Assembly (NCBI RefSeq): GCF_009914755.1 | Contig: NC_060925.1 | Reading direction: 5' to 3' (one strand) | Origin: the human T2T-CHM13v2.0 reference genome, Homo sapiens | DNA length: 64,000 nt | Shown: one piece after another, positions 28,995 through 42,178 of the stretch | How positions within the stretch are numbered: position 1 is the stretch's first letter | How the letters are laid out: the number at the start of each line of letters is the position of its first letter | Notes under the pieces: model-generated | The model's input: only the letters and a program-made list of their open reading frames with translations | Database searches by the model: none | Told to the model about the DNA's origin: nothing | Program-made: the position numbers and the translations under genes

Positions 28995-29196
28995 TTAGAT
29001 AGTGGAAGCAATGGTTCCCACACAGGGATTGGGGTGGGCATATCCAGAACCAGTGTGGCAGGCCATGCACAAAATTAGGGGGATCTTAAATAAGAAAATA
29101 CGTATTTGACCAAGTGCACAGATAGCTAGGAGCACTCTAAGTCCCTGGCAAATGAGGTGTCCTGAAGTTTAAGCTTTCTAGTAGTTCTGCCTCTGG
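28995..29196. mobile_element. hAT DNA transposon fragment (MER53/Arthur1-like)
   Basis: Terminal cctgaagtttaagcttt...ttctgcctctg resembles the hAT-Tip100 TIR region. Confidence 0.4.
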
Positions 29197-29350
29197 TCAC
29201 ACTCCAATTCTTGTTTCAAGAAGACATTTCATAAAGTTCTTTAAATGCAAAGAAGTTCAGGTACCTTCTTCAAATCCATTTCTCCATCTTAATCCTGGCC
29301 TTGAGTGTAAGAAAATATTTTTTCTCACTGGGCCATGTTTTATGACCCCA

Positions 29351-29852
29351 TGAAGTGGGTAAAAGAATGGCCTCTCAAAAGATATCCATGTGCTAATTCC
29401 TGAATTTTTTATTGTTATTATCTACGGCAGAAAAAAAAAAGATTTTTTCAGATGAGATTTAGTTAAGTATTTTGAAATGGGGAGATTATTCCACATAATA
29501 CAGGTAGGCTCTAAGTAAGATCACATCTATCTTTATAAGAAGGAGACAGAAGATTTTAGATACACAGAGATTATGGTGATGTGAAGACAGAGCAGAGAAG
29601 GATTTACAGATGTTGGCCTTGAAGACGAGTCATGCAGTAACAAACCAAAGGAGGCTGGTGGCCACCAGAAGCTGGAGGAGGCAAGGAACATAATTTCTCT
29701 AGAGCCTCTGGAAGGAACAAGGGGCTACTGACTCCTTGATTTTGGCCCAGTGATACTGAAGTCAGACTTCCGGCTTCCAGAACTATCAAAGAACAATATC
29801 TGTTTTAAGCCACAAAGTTCATGTTAATTTATTATAGCACAGGAAACATACA
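29351..29852 (+). mobile_element. MLT1D MaLR solo LTR
   Basis: aatggcctctcaaaagatatccatgtgctaattcc...gaaatggggagattatt...gccaccagaagctggaggaggcaaggaaca...ttttggcccagtga...ttttaagccac. Confidence 0.85.
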
Positions 29853-30020
29853 CTTCATGTAACAGGAATTGTATTCAGCCTCAGGATTCATCAAATGAGA
29901 ATCAAATACCAAGAGATTTCTCTATCCAGAGCCCATGACCCACATGATAATATCTCCATGCTATGATTAAAAATTTTCTACCTTCATATTATGCACAGAT
30001 ATACCACAGACTTCTCCTTT

Positions 30021-30327
30021 GAGATTAGCTGGGATTATAGGCATGTGCCACCACACCCAGCTAATTTTTGTATTAGTGGAGATGGGGTTTTACCATGTTG
30101 ACCAGGCTGGTCTTGAATTGCTGACCGCAGGTGATCCACCCGCCATGGCCTCCCAAAGTGCTAAGATTATAGGCGTGAGCCGTAGCGCCTGGCCATTTTT
30201 GTATTTTTAGTAGAGATGGGATTTCATCATGTTGGCCAGACTGGTCTTGAGCTCCTGACCTCAGGTGATCCACGCACTTCGGCCTCCCAAAGTGCTGGGA
30301 TTACAGGCTGAGACACCGCGCCCAGCC
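30021..30327 (-). mobile_element. Two tandem AluS left arms with a truncated right arm and no poly-A
   Basis: Left arm plus A-rich linker at 30195-30327, followed (in Alu sense) by a second left arm and about 35 nt of right arm at 30021-30194. Confidence 0.85.
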
Positions 30328-31379
30328 TATATATTTTTAAAGTATCCATTGTCCGAAGGACATTTGCATAGAAATGCAATTTTTTATGTTATGGATTTAT
30401 CAGGCTCCGATTAAAAGGTTGACTTGTCAAGTACAGTGATTAAGAAGTGATACTAAGCTTCAAGAAAAGCTTAGGAAAAATATCCTTTTAAGCATTCAAT
30501 TAAGTGCCCATCTCCTCAACAGGAGATATTTCACTTTCTGAAAAGCAATAATAAAATACTTATAATATAATGCAATAGCCATAATATTTAAAGATCTCTT
30601 CTAATTACTGATATCTGAAAGTGGTATAAGGTAAGATTAATTCTAGTCCTTTGACACAGAAGAACAGTCTGAGGAAAGGCTTTAAAATATAATAACTGAT
30701 GAGTCCTTGACTAGAAAACAATTACCTTTCATTACAGATGCCATAATTTATTGTCCCTGCAGTTTGAAGGGAACTCTATGTAATCATTATTATGTTTAAT
30801 TTTTCTCCTGGATATAAGTTTAGTATTGAACATAAGTATATAATTAGGAACTTATAATTTAGAAACACGATGAGAGCTTCTAAAATGCAAGTTTAATAGA
30901 ATCTTTTGAATATGCTGCCAAAAAGAAGCTGATAATTCAAAAACATAAATATTATATGAGTAACAATAACTACAACAACAGCCTCCAAAACATGTTGCAC
31001 ATATACTTTCTATTTATCAGATCCTGGGGAAATATGACAGCATAGTTAATCCAAAGTAAATAAGCAAATACCTTCCTGCACCTTTCTTCTCTTCTAAATT
31101 CCACTGGAAATAAATAACATAAAATAGGATGTCAGCAACATGGTGCACTAGGAAGTCCTAGGTGACATCCATCCACAAAATCAATGATTTAACACCTATC
31201 TACTAAGGAAAATAGCTTTGGGAAAACCCTGAAGTACATCTCAGAAGCTGTAGCAACCCAAGGCAACACAAAAACTGAGGAGAAATGCACAGACAAGGGT
31301 AGGAAATATTTTTACCGGTATTATGCTATCTTCTGGGCCAGCACAGCTCCACACCAAAAGAAATCTCTTTGGCCACAAG

Positions 31380-31836
31380 TGTAAATCAATTTCACTGTAC
31401 ACTGGTTACCAGCTTGTCTAAGTCCGGTAAGACAGAACACCCACACATACACCAAGTTACATGAAGTGGTTTGACTAATCACAGATAGGCAGCAAGGTAT
31501 AGCAGAACCTTGGGACTCATTCCTCAAGGCTCAGGAAATTTGCCCAGAGTAGATGGAGTCTCATCTTCCCAGGTCCCACTTGCTCCACAGCTGAGCGACC
31601 CCAGAAGGTAGCCACATTGAATTTTGTATCCAAGGGGAACCTAACACCCTGGGCAACATGACACCATGGGCTAATGTGTTAAAGGACATCTTATTTCTAG
31701 GGAAACAAGGGACAGAAAGTGAACCAGAACTATTCCAGCCAGATTATCTCTCTCTCAGGTTGTTACATACCCAGCACATTCTACAGTCATTCTTGAGAAC
31801 TAAAACTGTAGAGGAGGATGAGAGGGGAGAATTGCA
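31380..31836 (-). mobile_element. ERVL-class 3' LTR (LTR53/MER54/MER73-like)
   Basis: tg...ca ends; cactggttaccagcttgtctaagtccggtaagacagaacac and cccagcacattctacagtcattcttgagaact match the recalled antisense consensus of this LTR group. Confidence 0.7.
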
Positions 31837-31899
31837 GTTCTCCTGATAACCAGGCCCAGATAGCTCCCTTAGCAAAGGTAGTACATTTTATATTCCCAC

Positions 31900-32610
31900 C
31901 AGCCTCCTCATACTTGAAGGAGGAGATTTGTTTCATTGGATCTACGTAACACCTTGACTGACACAATCTCAGGGCAACATCATTTAACGATAGCCAAAAT
32001 ATACTTCATTAGGCCCAGGAGGCTACCACCAGGATGATCAGGCCTGCCTGTAGCTGCAATCTAGCCCAAGGTCCTAGTGATATAAGTAAGATTTCTAAGG
32101 AGGTCAAAGAAGGATCCTTCAGCTAGCCCCACTGTCTGCAACTCGTGGACATACTTCCAGATCTCCTTTGTTTGTATTTCTATAATCACTGAGGTGTTTA
32201 TCCAGATACAGCAGGAGGTGTTGGCAATTGCACACACTACCCCAAATTAGGCAAAAAGAAAACCTAGAGCAATTATGTTGTCTAAAACAACTTTCCCAAG
32301 GGAGTTAGGTAATGTCTACCAGCTACCACAGCAGTGGCTGTTGAGGAAACAATATCTGTGTTGGTCAGGAAGAGGTTTCTTATTAATTTTTTATGAGCAC
32401 TGACTCCCATATACGGTACCAAAGATTACATAAGGAACATAAATTCAGACTCAGTTATACCTCCTGGCAGGTCCCTAGTAAGACTAGTGCATAACTTTAG
32501 GTTTCTGGTCCATTGGTGCCTCTACTGCCATGTTTTCATGAAAAAAGCAGGACAGGTTATTGTCCCACCTTCAACCCCTCCATGGGTCTTAGATGTCCCC
32601 TATCTGTGTA
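31900..32610 (-). pseudogene. env: Decayed retroviral envelope (end of SU plus TM subunit), gamma-type
   Basis: Manual minus-strand translation: SLTR/DLPGGITESEFMFLM*SLVPYMGVSAHKKLIRNLFLT..(fs)..NSLGKVVLDNIIALGFLFA*FGVVCAIANTSCCIWINTS..(fs)..SLGPWARLQLQAGLIILVVA; CX6CC at 32208-32234, ISD at 32247-32285. Confidence 0.9.
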
Positions 32611-33293
32611 AAAGTATCAAGATCATATCAAGTATCTTTTCTGAGCAAAATAGAATGAAACTAGAAACCAACAGCAGTAATTAACTAGAAAATTCGACAA
32701 CTAACAAACACTCTTGAACAACCATTGTGTTAAAGAGGAAACGGAAAGGAATTATTTTTCAATCTTAAAATAAATAAAAACAAAAACATAACATACCAAA
32801 ACATATGGGACACTGCAAAAGCAGAACTTCAAGAAAATTATATAGTGAAAAATACATATTAAAAAAGAAGAAAGAGTTCAAATAAACAAACTGACATTAC
32901 AAGTTAAGGAAATATAGAGAAGAACAAACTTACTCCAAAGTTAGCATAAGAAAGAAAATTGAAAATATTAGAGCAAAAAATCATTAAAACAGAGAATAGA
33001 AAAACAATACAAAAAAACCCAACAAAATTAAAAGTTGGTGTTTTGAAAGGTTAATTGGCAAACTCTTTGTTAGACTACCTACAAAAAAAAAAATGTAAAG
33101 TGACGGAAAAGGAGAAATAGAAGACTCAAAATCAGAAATGGAAGAGGAGATATTTCAATGCATTCCTCAAAAATAAAAGGATTATAAGGAATTATTATGA
33201 ATAACTATATGTCAACAAATAGGATAACCTAGAATAAATTGATAAATTCCTAGAAACATACACTCTAGCAAGGCTGAATCAAGAAGAAATAGA

Positions 33294-33735
<442 letters not shown>

Positions 33736-33762
33736 CTATCAAACATTCAAGAATACCAATAC

Positions 33763-34206
33763 TGTGATGGCTGATACTGTCAACTTGATTGGATTGAAGG
33801 ATGCAAATTATTGATCCTGGGTATGTCTGTGAGGATGTTGCCAAAGGAGATTAACATTTGAGTCAGTGGGCTGGGAAAGGCAGACCCACCCTTAATCTGG
33901 GTGGGCACCATCTGATCAGCTGCCCGTGCAGCCAGGACATAAAGCAAGCGGAAAAACGTGAAAAGGCTAGACTGGCTTAGCTTCTCAGCCTACATCTTTA
34001 TCCTGTGCTGAATGCTTCCTGCTCTTGAATATCAGACTACAGGTCTTCAGCTTTGGGATTCAGACTGGCTTTCTTTCTCCTTAGCTTGCAAATGGTCTAT
34101 TGTGGGACCTTGTGATTGTGTGAGTTACTACTACTTAATAAGCTCCCCTTAATAAGTTCCCGTATATATATATCATTAGTTCTGTCACTCTAGATACCAC
34201 AGATTA
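33763..34206 (+). mobile_element. MLT2A1 (HERV-L) solo LTR
   Basis: tgtgatgg...gtcaacttgattggattgaaggatgcaaa...gagtcagtgggctgggaaaggcagacccacccttaatctgggtgggcacc; TSD aatac at 33758-62 and 34207-11. Confidence 0.9.
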
Positions 34207-35201
34207 AATACTTTTTAAACTCTCCCCAAAAAACCGGAACAAAAGGAATACATCCAAACTCTATGAGTCTAGCATCACCCCAATACCAAGGCCAAAGATA
34301 CCACAAGAATGTAAAATGACAGGTCAATATCCCTGATGAACATACATGCATAAATACATAATAAAATACTTGCAAGTCAAATTCAATAGCATACTAAAAG
34401 GCTTATATACCATGACCAACTGGAATTTATCACTGCAATGCAACGGTGGCTCGGTATATACATATCAATCAATGTGATATACTACATTAGCAGAATGAAA
34501 GACAAAAGCTATGTGATCATCTCAAAAGATGGAGAAAAGCCATTTGACAACATTCAACACTGAGTCACAATAAAAATTCTCAAAAACAGATACATAAATA
34601 ACTTACTTCAACACAATAAATGCCATATATGAGAAGCCCACAACCAACATTATAATCCATGAGGAAAATAAAGCCTTTTTTTTTAAGATTCGATAAAAGC
34701 TGAAGATGCACACTCTCACTTTTATTTAATTTGAAGGCCTACCCAAAGCAATTAGCAAAATAAAATAAAATAAAATAAACTGAAAAACATCCAGCAGATC
34801 AGAAAGGAAAAAGTAAAATCATTTTTGTCTGCAGATGATATAATCTTATATGTAATAATTCTAAAATCTCATCAACAACAACAAACTATTAGAACTAATA
34901 CATTTTAAATTCAGTAAATTCAGTAAAGTTGCAGGATATAAAATCAACATATAAAAGTTGCTGGCATTCCTATACAATAAAAATGAACTTTATGAAAAGC
35001 AAATTACGTAAGCACTCCTATTTGCAATAGCAATTACAATAATAAAATACTTAGGGACAAATTTAACCAAAGTGGTGAAAGGCTTGTACAATGAAAATTA
35101 AAAAATATTAATGAAGGAAATTAAAGATGACACAGATAAATGGAAAGACATCCACTATTCATGGACAGGAAGAACAAATATATTTAAATGTTCACACTAT
35201 C

Positions 35202-35572
35202 TATATTAGTCTGTTCTCACACTGTTAATAAAGACATACTAGAGACTAAGTAATTCATAAAGGAAAGAGTTTTAATTGACTTCCAGTTCCACATTGGCTG
35301 GGGAGGCCTCAGGAAACTTACAATCACAACAAAAGGGAAAGCAACGCATTCTTCTTTACATGGTGGTGGGAGAGAGAAATGCCAAGCAAAAAGGGGGAAG
35401 CCCCTTATAAAACCATCAGATCTCGTGAGAGCTCACTATCAGGAGAACAACATGAGAGTAAACACCCCCACGATTAAGTTACCTCCCAAGGGGTGCCTCT
35501 CACATCACGTGGGGAGTATGGAAATCACAATTCAATATGACATTTAGGTCAGGAAACAGCCAAATCATATTA
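35202..35572 (-). mobile_element. THE1C/D MaLR solo LTR
   Basis: tattagtctgttctcacactg...ggggaggcctcaggaaacttacaatca...aaaccatcagatctcgtgaga...cagccaaatcatat; flanks ctatc and ccacc each differ by one base from the L1 target ctacc. Confidence 0.9.
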
Positions 35573-36616
35573 CCACCCAATTCAGTTTATAGATTCAATG
35601 CAATTCCTATGAACATCTGATTGCATTATTTACAAAAATAGAAAAGAAAATTCTAAAATTCATATGGATCACAATGATTCCGAATAGTTTAAGACATCTT
35701 GAGCAGGAAGAACAAAGCTGGAGGCATAACACCTCTGATTTCAAAATATGTTTCACAGGACAGTAATCAAAACGTATGGTACTGGCATATAAACAGACAT
35801 TTAATACTAATGGATGAGAAAAGATAGAGCAGAAATAAATCCACACATTTTTAGTCAACTGATCTTTGACAACATTGTCAAGCACACAAAATGGGAAAAG
35901 GGAGTCTCATCAATAAACAATGTTGTGAAAACTGGATATGCATATGCAGAAGAAGAAAATTGTATCTTTAATTTATACCATATACAAAAATAAACTAAAC
36001 TGACTACAGACTTAAATTTAAGACCTGCAACTATAAAACTATTAGGAGAAATCCTAAGGAATAAGCTTCTTGATATTCATCTTGGAATTAATTTTTGGAT
36101 ATAATACCAAAAGCACAGATAATGAAAGAAAAAATAAGTGGGTTCGCATCAAACTAAATAGCTTCTGCGCAACAGGGTAGGCAATCAACAGAGTGTAAAG
36201 ACAACTCACAGAATGGAAGAAGGTATTTTTAATCCATCTATTTGATGAGAAGTTAATATCTAAATTATATAGGGAACTCATAAAAGTCAATAGAATAAAA
36301 GCAAATGACCCCAGTAGAAAATGGTTAAAAGACATACATAGACATTTCTCAAAAGAAGATATACAAGTGGCACAGCTATGTGTAAAGATGCTCAACATCA
36401 CTAATTATCAGGGAACTGCAAATTGAAACCACAATTAGATATCACCTAACACCTATTAGAATGGCTTTTATCCAAAAGGCAAAAGAAAACAAATGTTGGT
36501 GAGGCTGTGGAGATAAGAGCACCCTTATGCACCAGTTTTTGGAATGTAAGTTATCACAGCCATTATAGAAAATGGTATGGAAGTTCTTCAGACAATTAAA
36601 AACAGAACTATCATAT

Positions 36617-37370
36617 TATTCTGCATGGTGAAAATAAAGAGATGATCAAAGAATGATTTCAGGGAACACACGGTTTATTGCCAAACAGAAAGAATTTGTT
36701 TTCTTTTGTTCACAAGACTTAAAGAGGGGGAGAATAAAGAAAATAAGACCTCTCAGGAATACAGTTTATAGATGAGGTATATTAGCTGCATAGTCAATGA
36801 GTTCCAAAATTATTAAAATTTACTTGCTCAGTTAGGATGGAAGCAGTCCTTTACTGGAAGTAAAATCTGATTCAAGATTCAAATGTTTCTTTTTATGAGC
36901 AGTTTCTCAGGAGATACTGGCTTGACCAATAGAGCAGAGATCCATGAAGACACATTCCCTTGATACTAGGGGGTAGTTCCGATGTTGGTGGGTAAGGCTT
37001 CAAAGCCCCAAGACCTATCACAGCCTGAGCTCTAGCTATTCGGAGAAGCATCCAGCCAAGTGTAAGCCTGTCAAGGCCTAAGCTCTCAAAGTGTCAATCA
37101 AACTCTTGAGTTTATATATATTTTGAAATACAGTAGTTGAGGTCAGTTACTAACATACAGGGGCTGATGAAGTGTGGGGTAACATTCCTGAGAAGAGGTG
37201 GAGTTTCTGAGAGGTGGGGGAGTAGCTTCAAGTTCTTACACATGGAGTCTGAAAAGTCTTGACATTCCAGAAGGGAGGGAAGAAAACACTGCTCATTCTC
37301 ATTACAGAAAAACGTATCACTGATGCAGCAAACTATGTAAATGTTTGGAATATTTCAAGGCTACATAACA
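36617..37370 (-). mobile_element. Solo LTR-like insertion of uncertain family (probably ERV1/MER4-group)
   Basis: 754-bp insert splitting L1 at gaactatcatat|gatc with 5-bp TSD catat (36612-16 and 37371-75); ends tatt...aaca; minus-strand AATAAA near 36674. Confidence 0.7.
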
Positions 37371-37558
37371 CATATGATCTGGCAATTCCACTTTGGTACA
37401 GATCCAAAGGAAATGAAATCAGTATGTTGAGAAAATATCTGCACTCCCATGTTTATTGCAGCACTATTCACCATAGTTAAGATATGGAACAATTTTAACG
37501 TCCATCAATAGATGCATGGAAAAAGAAAATGTTATATATATTATATATGTATTATATA

Positions 37559-37563
<5 letters not shown>

Positions 37564-37601
<38 letters not shown>
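37564..37601. repeat. (AC)n microsatellite within L1
   Basis: Seen directly. Confidence 0.9.
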
Positions 37602-37604
<3 letters not shown>

Positions 37605-37853
37605 GGGATACTATTCAGCCATAAAAAAGAATGAAATCCTGTCATTTGCAACAACATGGATGGAAATGTAGGTCATTATACTTAATATATAAGCCAAGCA
37701 CAGAAAGACAAATACCACATAACCTCACTTACATGTGGAATCTAAAATAGTCAAACTCAGAAGCACAGAGTAGAACGGTGGTGGGCAGAGACTCAGAGGA
37801 GGGAGCAAGGAAAATACATTGGTCAAGAGGTGCTAATATTTAGTTATTCAGGT

Positions 37854-38705
37854 TGTAAAATAATAAGAAATACATTCATTTTTGTCCAGTTTCCTGGCAC
37901 AATTTCTAGAACCCTTGGAATTTTTTTAATGATGTGTCTTCATGTATGCTAATGAGATGATGGAAGGTTAGGGGGCTCACTGGGGCTGGCAGGCCAGAAC
38001 TGACCATGTGATTAGAGGACTGGAACTTTCAGCCCCACCCCTGAGCCTCAGAGGAAGAGGAGTTAAAAGTTGAGCTGATTGCTAATGACCGGTAATTTAG
38101 GCATCATGCCTATGTAATGAATCCTACATTAATACCCACAAAAGAGGATTTAGAGAGCTTCTGGGTTGCTTAACATTTAGAGGTCCTGGGAAGGTGGTGG
38201 TGGATACGTGCCCAGAGAGGATATGGAAGCTCTGTGCCTGTTCCCCTATACTTGTCCTGTGTACCTCTTTATCAGGCTGTTCATTTGTATCCATTGTAAT
38301 ACCCTTTATAAAAATCAGTAAATATAATTGTTTCCCTGAGTTCTGTGAGTTGCTCTAGCAATAACAGCACCCAAAGAGAGGGTCATGGGAACCTTCAATT
38401 TATAGCTGGTTGGTCTCAAGCATAGGTGATAACCTGGGGTTCGCAATTGGCATCACACATGGGGGCAGTCTTGTGGGACTAATCTCTTAAACTGTGGTGT
38501 TTGTGCTAACTCTGATTAGATTCGGAAATGAATTGAATTGAACTGAATTATAGGACACCCTATAATTCTGGAACTGAATTATAAGACAGGTGGTTTGTAC
38601 TGTAGAATTGCTCGGTGGGGGAAAAAGCTCCCATGCATCTGGTCACAAAAGTTTTTTAAGTGTAGAGCATGATAAAAACAATTTGCCTTTTCCAATTTTA
38701 TATGA
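37854..38705 (+). mobile_element. MER21A/B LTR
   Basis: tatgctaatgag...gattagaggactggaactttcagccccaccc...catgcctatgtaatga...tttccctgagttctgtgag...gggggcagtcttgtgggact; splits the L1 3'UTR. Confidence 0.85.
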
Positions 38706-41307
38706 AGATGTGTAAGTTCTCAAAATCTAATGTACAGCCTGTTAACTATAGTTAACAATACTGTATTGCATATTTGAAATTAGCTAAGAGAGTAGATCTT
38801 AAATGTTCTCACCTCACCACACACATACACACACACACATGCACACACACATAAATATTAACAATATGAGGAGACTGATATTTTAATTAGCTTGATTGTG
38901 GTGATCATTTCACCATCTATCTCTATATAATAAAACATCAAGTTGCATACCTTAAAAATATATAATTTTATTCCTCAATTATATGTTAGTAAAGCTGAAT
39001 TAAAGGATATTAAAAAATATAAATTTCCAGCAATACTGCAAAGAAGAAAGGGTGCTTTCAGAAGTGACTGCTAAAATATCTCCGCAAAACAACCTGATAT
39101 TGTGCGCAGATGTGTGACTAGAAGTAGTCACTAGATCTGGGTGGCAGAACAGGGAAGTATTAAAATGTTGCTGAAAAGCAGTGTTTCAATTCTGAGCACT
39201 GAGTAAGGATGCCAATGTTTTCCTCAAGGCTGGGGACAAAAATAGCAGCTCTTTGAGGTGGGACACTTCTGAAGCAGGTGATGAGGCTTGAAAAAGCAAA
39301 CAGAAACAGGTTGATTGTTTTGCCATCAGGAAAGCAAGGAGGCCCTTGATCAAATCAAGAAGCACTCCCTGTTGCTTCATCCACCATCTCCATACAACTA
39401 CTGTGGCCAAGGTTTTAACAATTTTGTATAAATCAGTACTTTCTTTGGTTATATGCATCTAGCCACCAATATGTTCGAGTCCAGATGATTTAATATTCCC
39501 AGAGTACTAGAAATCATCCTTTAATTATGCCTTTAGCTTAAAAGTGAAAAGTTTTTTGCAACAACAAAAAGTTGAAGAACAACAAAAGTTTAAAATAATA
39601 AAAACTACGTATATACAAAAATATTGTGTTGATTTAGAATATATTATCCATAATAAAAGTAGAGGCTTTGATACCTTTTTAAATTTAAAGAGGTTTTTGA
39701 AATGTAAACGGACACAGTTTTAAAACTCAGTATTTGAACCTAATTGCAGAGAAACCACAGCTACAGTTTGGACCACTGGAGATCAAATTTGAAGCAAACA
39801 CATTTCAAAGGTAAAATGTCATAGGTATAGAATCAGAAGTCTCAAAACTTGGCTTACAGTAGTTTAGGAATACAAGTACAAAGAAAAGAGAGGTATACAT
39901 TATCAAAGCACAGCATTTTAAAAAATGGGATTTTGGTTTACACACAGTGAAAATAATGAAATATGCCATATGCTTAAACACAAAATAATAAAGTAGAAGG
40001 ATTCCAGTAATAAAATAATTAATTTTTTTGAGAGAACAAAACAATTAAAACACCAAATAGGTAAATTCTTATATGAACATCTTTTATATTGGCCTCCAGT
40101 CTGTGCAAAATTGAGATAATAGTGCAAAATCTTAATAGCTCTGCAGAAAGAAAAAAATGATCTTGAACATAGAACTATGTCAACAGTAAAGAAATAAAAC
40201 TACTCAAGTTTAAAGACAAAATAAATAGGTTTTCATAAATGCAAGAAGTATTGATAGGATATAGTATATTAATATGAGAGAGCATTGGCTCTCTCATAAT
40301 AAAATGTATAAAATAATAAAATGTAGTAATAATACAAATACATTTAATAATAAAACTGTAAAGGTTATTGTTTTTGCAACTTTGAGATATAATGTTTAAA
40401 AAGGTTTTAAATGATCTCACAACATATGGAAGATTACAGGGGAGAATGGATGCAGTGAATGCTTCCTATGACTGGGAAGAAATTATAAGAATTTTGTTCT
40501 CATCATTGGTAGAGAAAATAGCACTTAAATATTTGTCTTAAAGCATATGACTTTAGCTTTATTTCCTATTTATCCTCCCAGAATTTCAATGAAAATGAAA
40601 AAGAGCTTAAATCAACAAAATTATTAAGTCTATTCCAAGCCTAAGCACGAGGAATGAGAAACATCAGCAATCATTTTAGACACATTTGGAATGTGGAAAG
40701 AGTTATGTTGAAAAACAAAGAAGCAAATCTTCACACCAAAACTTTAACAATAAAAGACTAGAGCAAAGATGCAAGTGGTTCTTGTCACCACGACTCTGAT
40801 TAATTTCTAAGATCATTGCAAGTGCAGAGAGCAAACATGAGCCTAGGCACAGGGATCAGGTAATTGGAGGATGTACAGGGAGTTACTTCCAATTTTAGCA
40901 GCATCTGCACAAAAGACAAGAATAAGAATATTGGACACCAAGATGAAACCTGTAATGTGTTTTCTAAAGAAATTAAATAGCATGATTGAGGATGCTAGGG
41001 ATTTTCGTGAAGATTGGTACCTCTGGGCTGATTGGGTTAAGGGCACTCTCATGGCCTGCTTACCACCTAAACCCTCTAAAATGAGACTTGCAAGTAGATA
41101 CATTCCTCCCACACATAATTAACCTACCAGTTCTGGGTGTGGACTATGTAAATATACCAGTACTATTGCAAAAGAGACCTGTATTAATTACAAACATAAA
41201 TGGACAGCCAAGAACAAAATGAAAACGTTAGATGAATAAATTAATCCCATATGTTTCAAAAATACTATAGGGATTGTAAAATGATAGAGGAATATTTACT
41301 TAGTGGA

Positions 41308-41840
41308 TGTGATGATTAATTTTATGTGTCAACTTGACTAGGCCACTGGATGCCCAGGTATCTGGTTAAACATTATTATTTCTGGGTGTATCTGTGAGCT
41401 GAGGGTGTTTCCAGAAGAGATTAGCATTTGAACTGGTAGGCTGAGTAATGCAAGTGGCCCTCTCCAGTTCAGGTGGGCATCACCAAATCAATGAGGGCCT
41501 GAAGAGAACAAAAAGGTAGAGGAAGGTTGGATTCACCCTCCCTCTATTGTGACTGTTTGTTTGAGCTTGAACATTGGTCTTCTCCAGCCCTTTGACTAGG
41601 ATTTAAATTATTAATATCAGCCCTCTGCCTTTGGACCGGAACAGGGACTTAAACCATTGGTTCTCCTGGTTCTCAGACTTGGACTAAAAGTATACCACAG
41701 GCTCTCCTGTATCTCCAGCTTGAAGACAGCAGATCTTGGGACTTCTCATCCCTCATAATTGCCTGAGTGGATTCTTCATAATACATCCCTTGATACATCT
41801 CCCATGGTTTCTGCTTCTCTGCAGAAACCTGACTAATACA
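41308..41840 (+). mobile_element. MLT2B/D (ERVL) solo LTR
   Basis: tgtgatgattaattttatgtgtcaacttgactaggcc...gagggtgtttccagaagagattagcatttgaa...cctgactaataca. Confidence 0.9.
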
Positions 41841-41860
41841 GGGTTACCATGAATACTTCC

Positions 41861-42178
41861 TTTTTTTTTTTTTTTTTATTATACTTTAAGTTTTAGGGTA
41901 CATGTGCACATTGTGCAGGTTAGTTACATATGTATACATGTGCCATGCTGGTGCGCTGCACCCACTAACTCATCATCTAGCATTAGGTATATCTCCCAAT
42001 GCTACCCCTCCCCCCTCCCCCTACCCCACCACAGTCCCCAGAGTGTCATATTCCCCTTCCTGTGACCATGTGATCTCATTGTTCAATTCCCACCTATGAG
42101 TGAGAATATGCGGTGTTTGGTTTTTTGTTCTTGCAATAGTTTACTGAGAATGATGGTTTCCAATTTCATCCATGTCCC
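41861..42178 (-). mobile_element. L1PA2-like 3' end, about 320 bp, 5'-truncated
   Basis: Poly-T, near-consensus 3'UTR with GAG (not ACA) at the Ta diagnostic; TSD gaatactt at 41851-58 and 42179-86. Confidence 0.9.

Noticed and set aside
41861-42178. Possible active-subfamily L1HS-Ta insertion
   Set aside because: Carries GAG rather than ACA and ttaaagt rather than ttagagt at the 3'UTR diagnostics, so L1PA2-like; the same holds for 56865-58060
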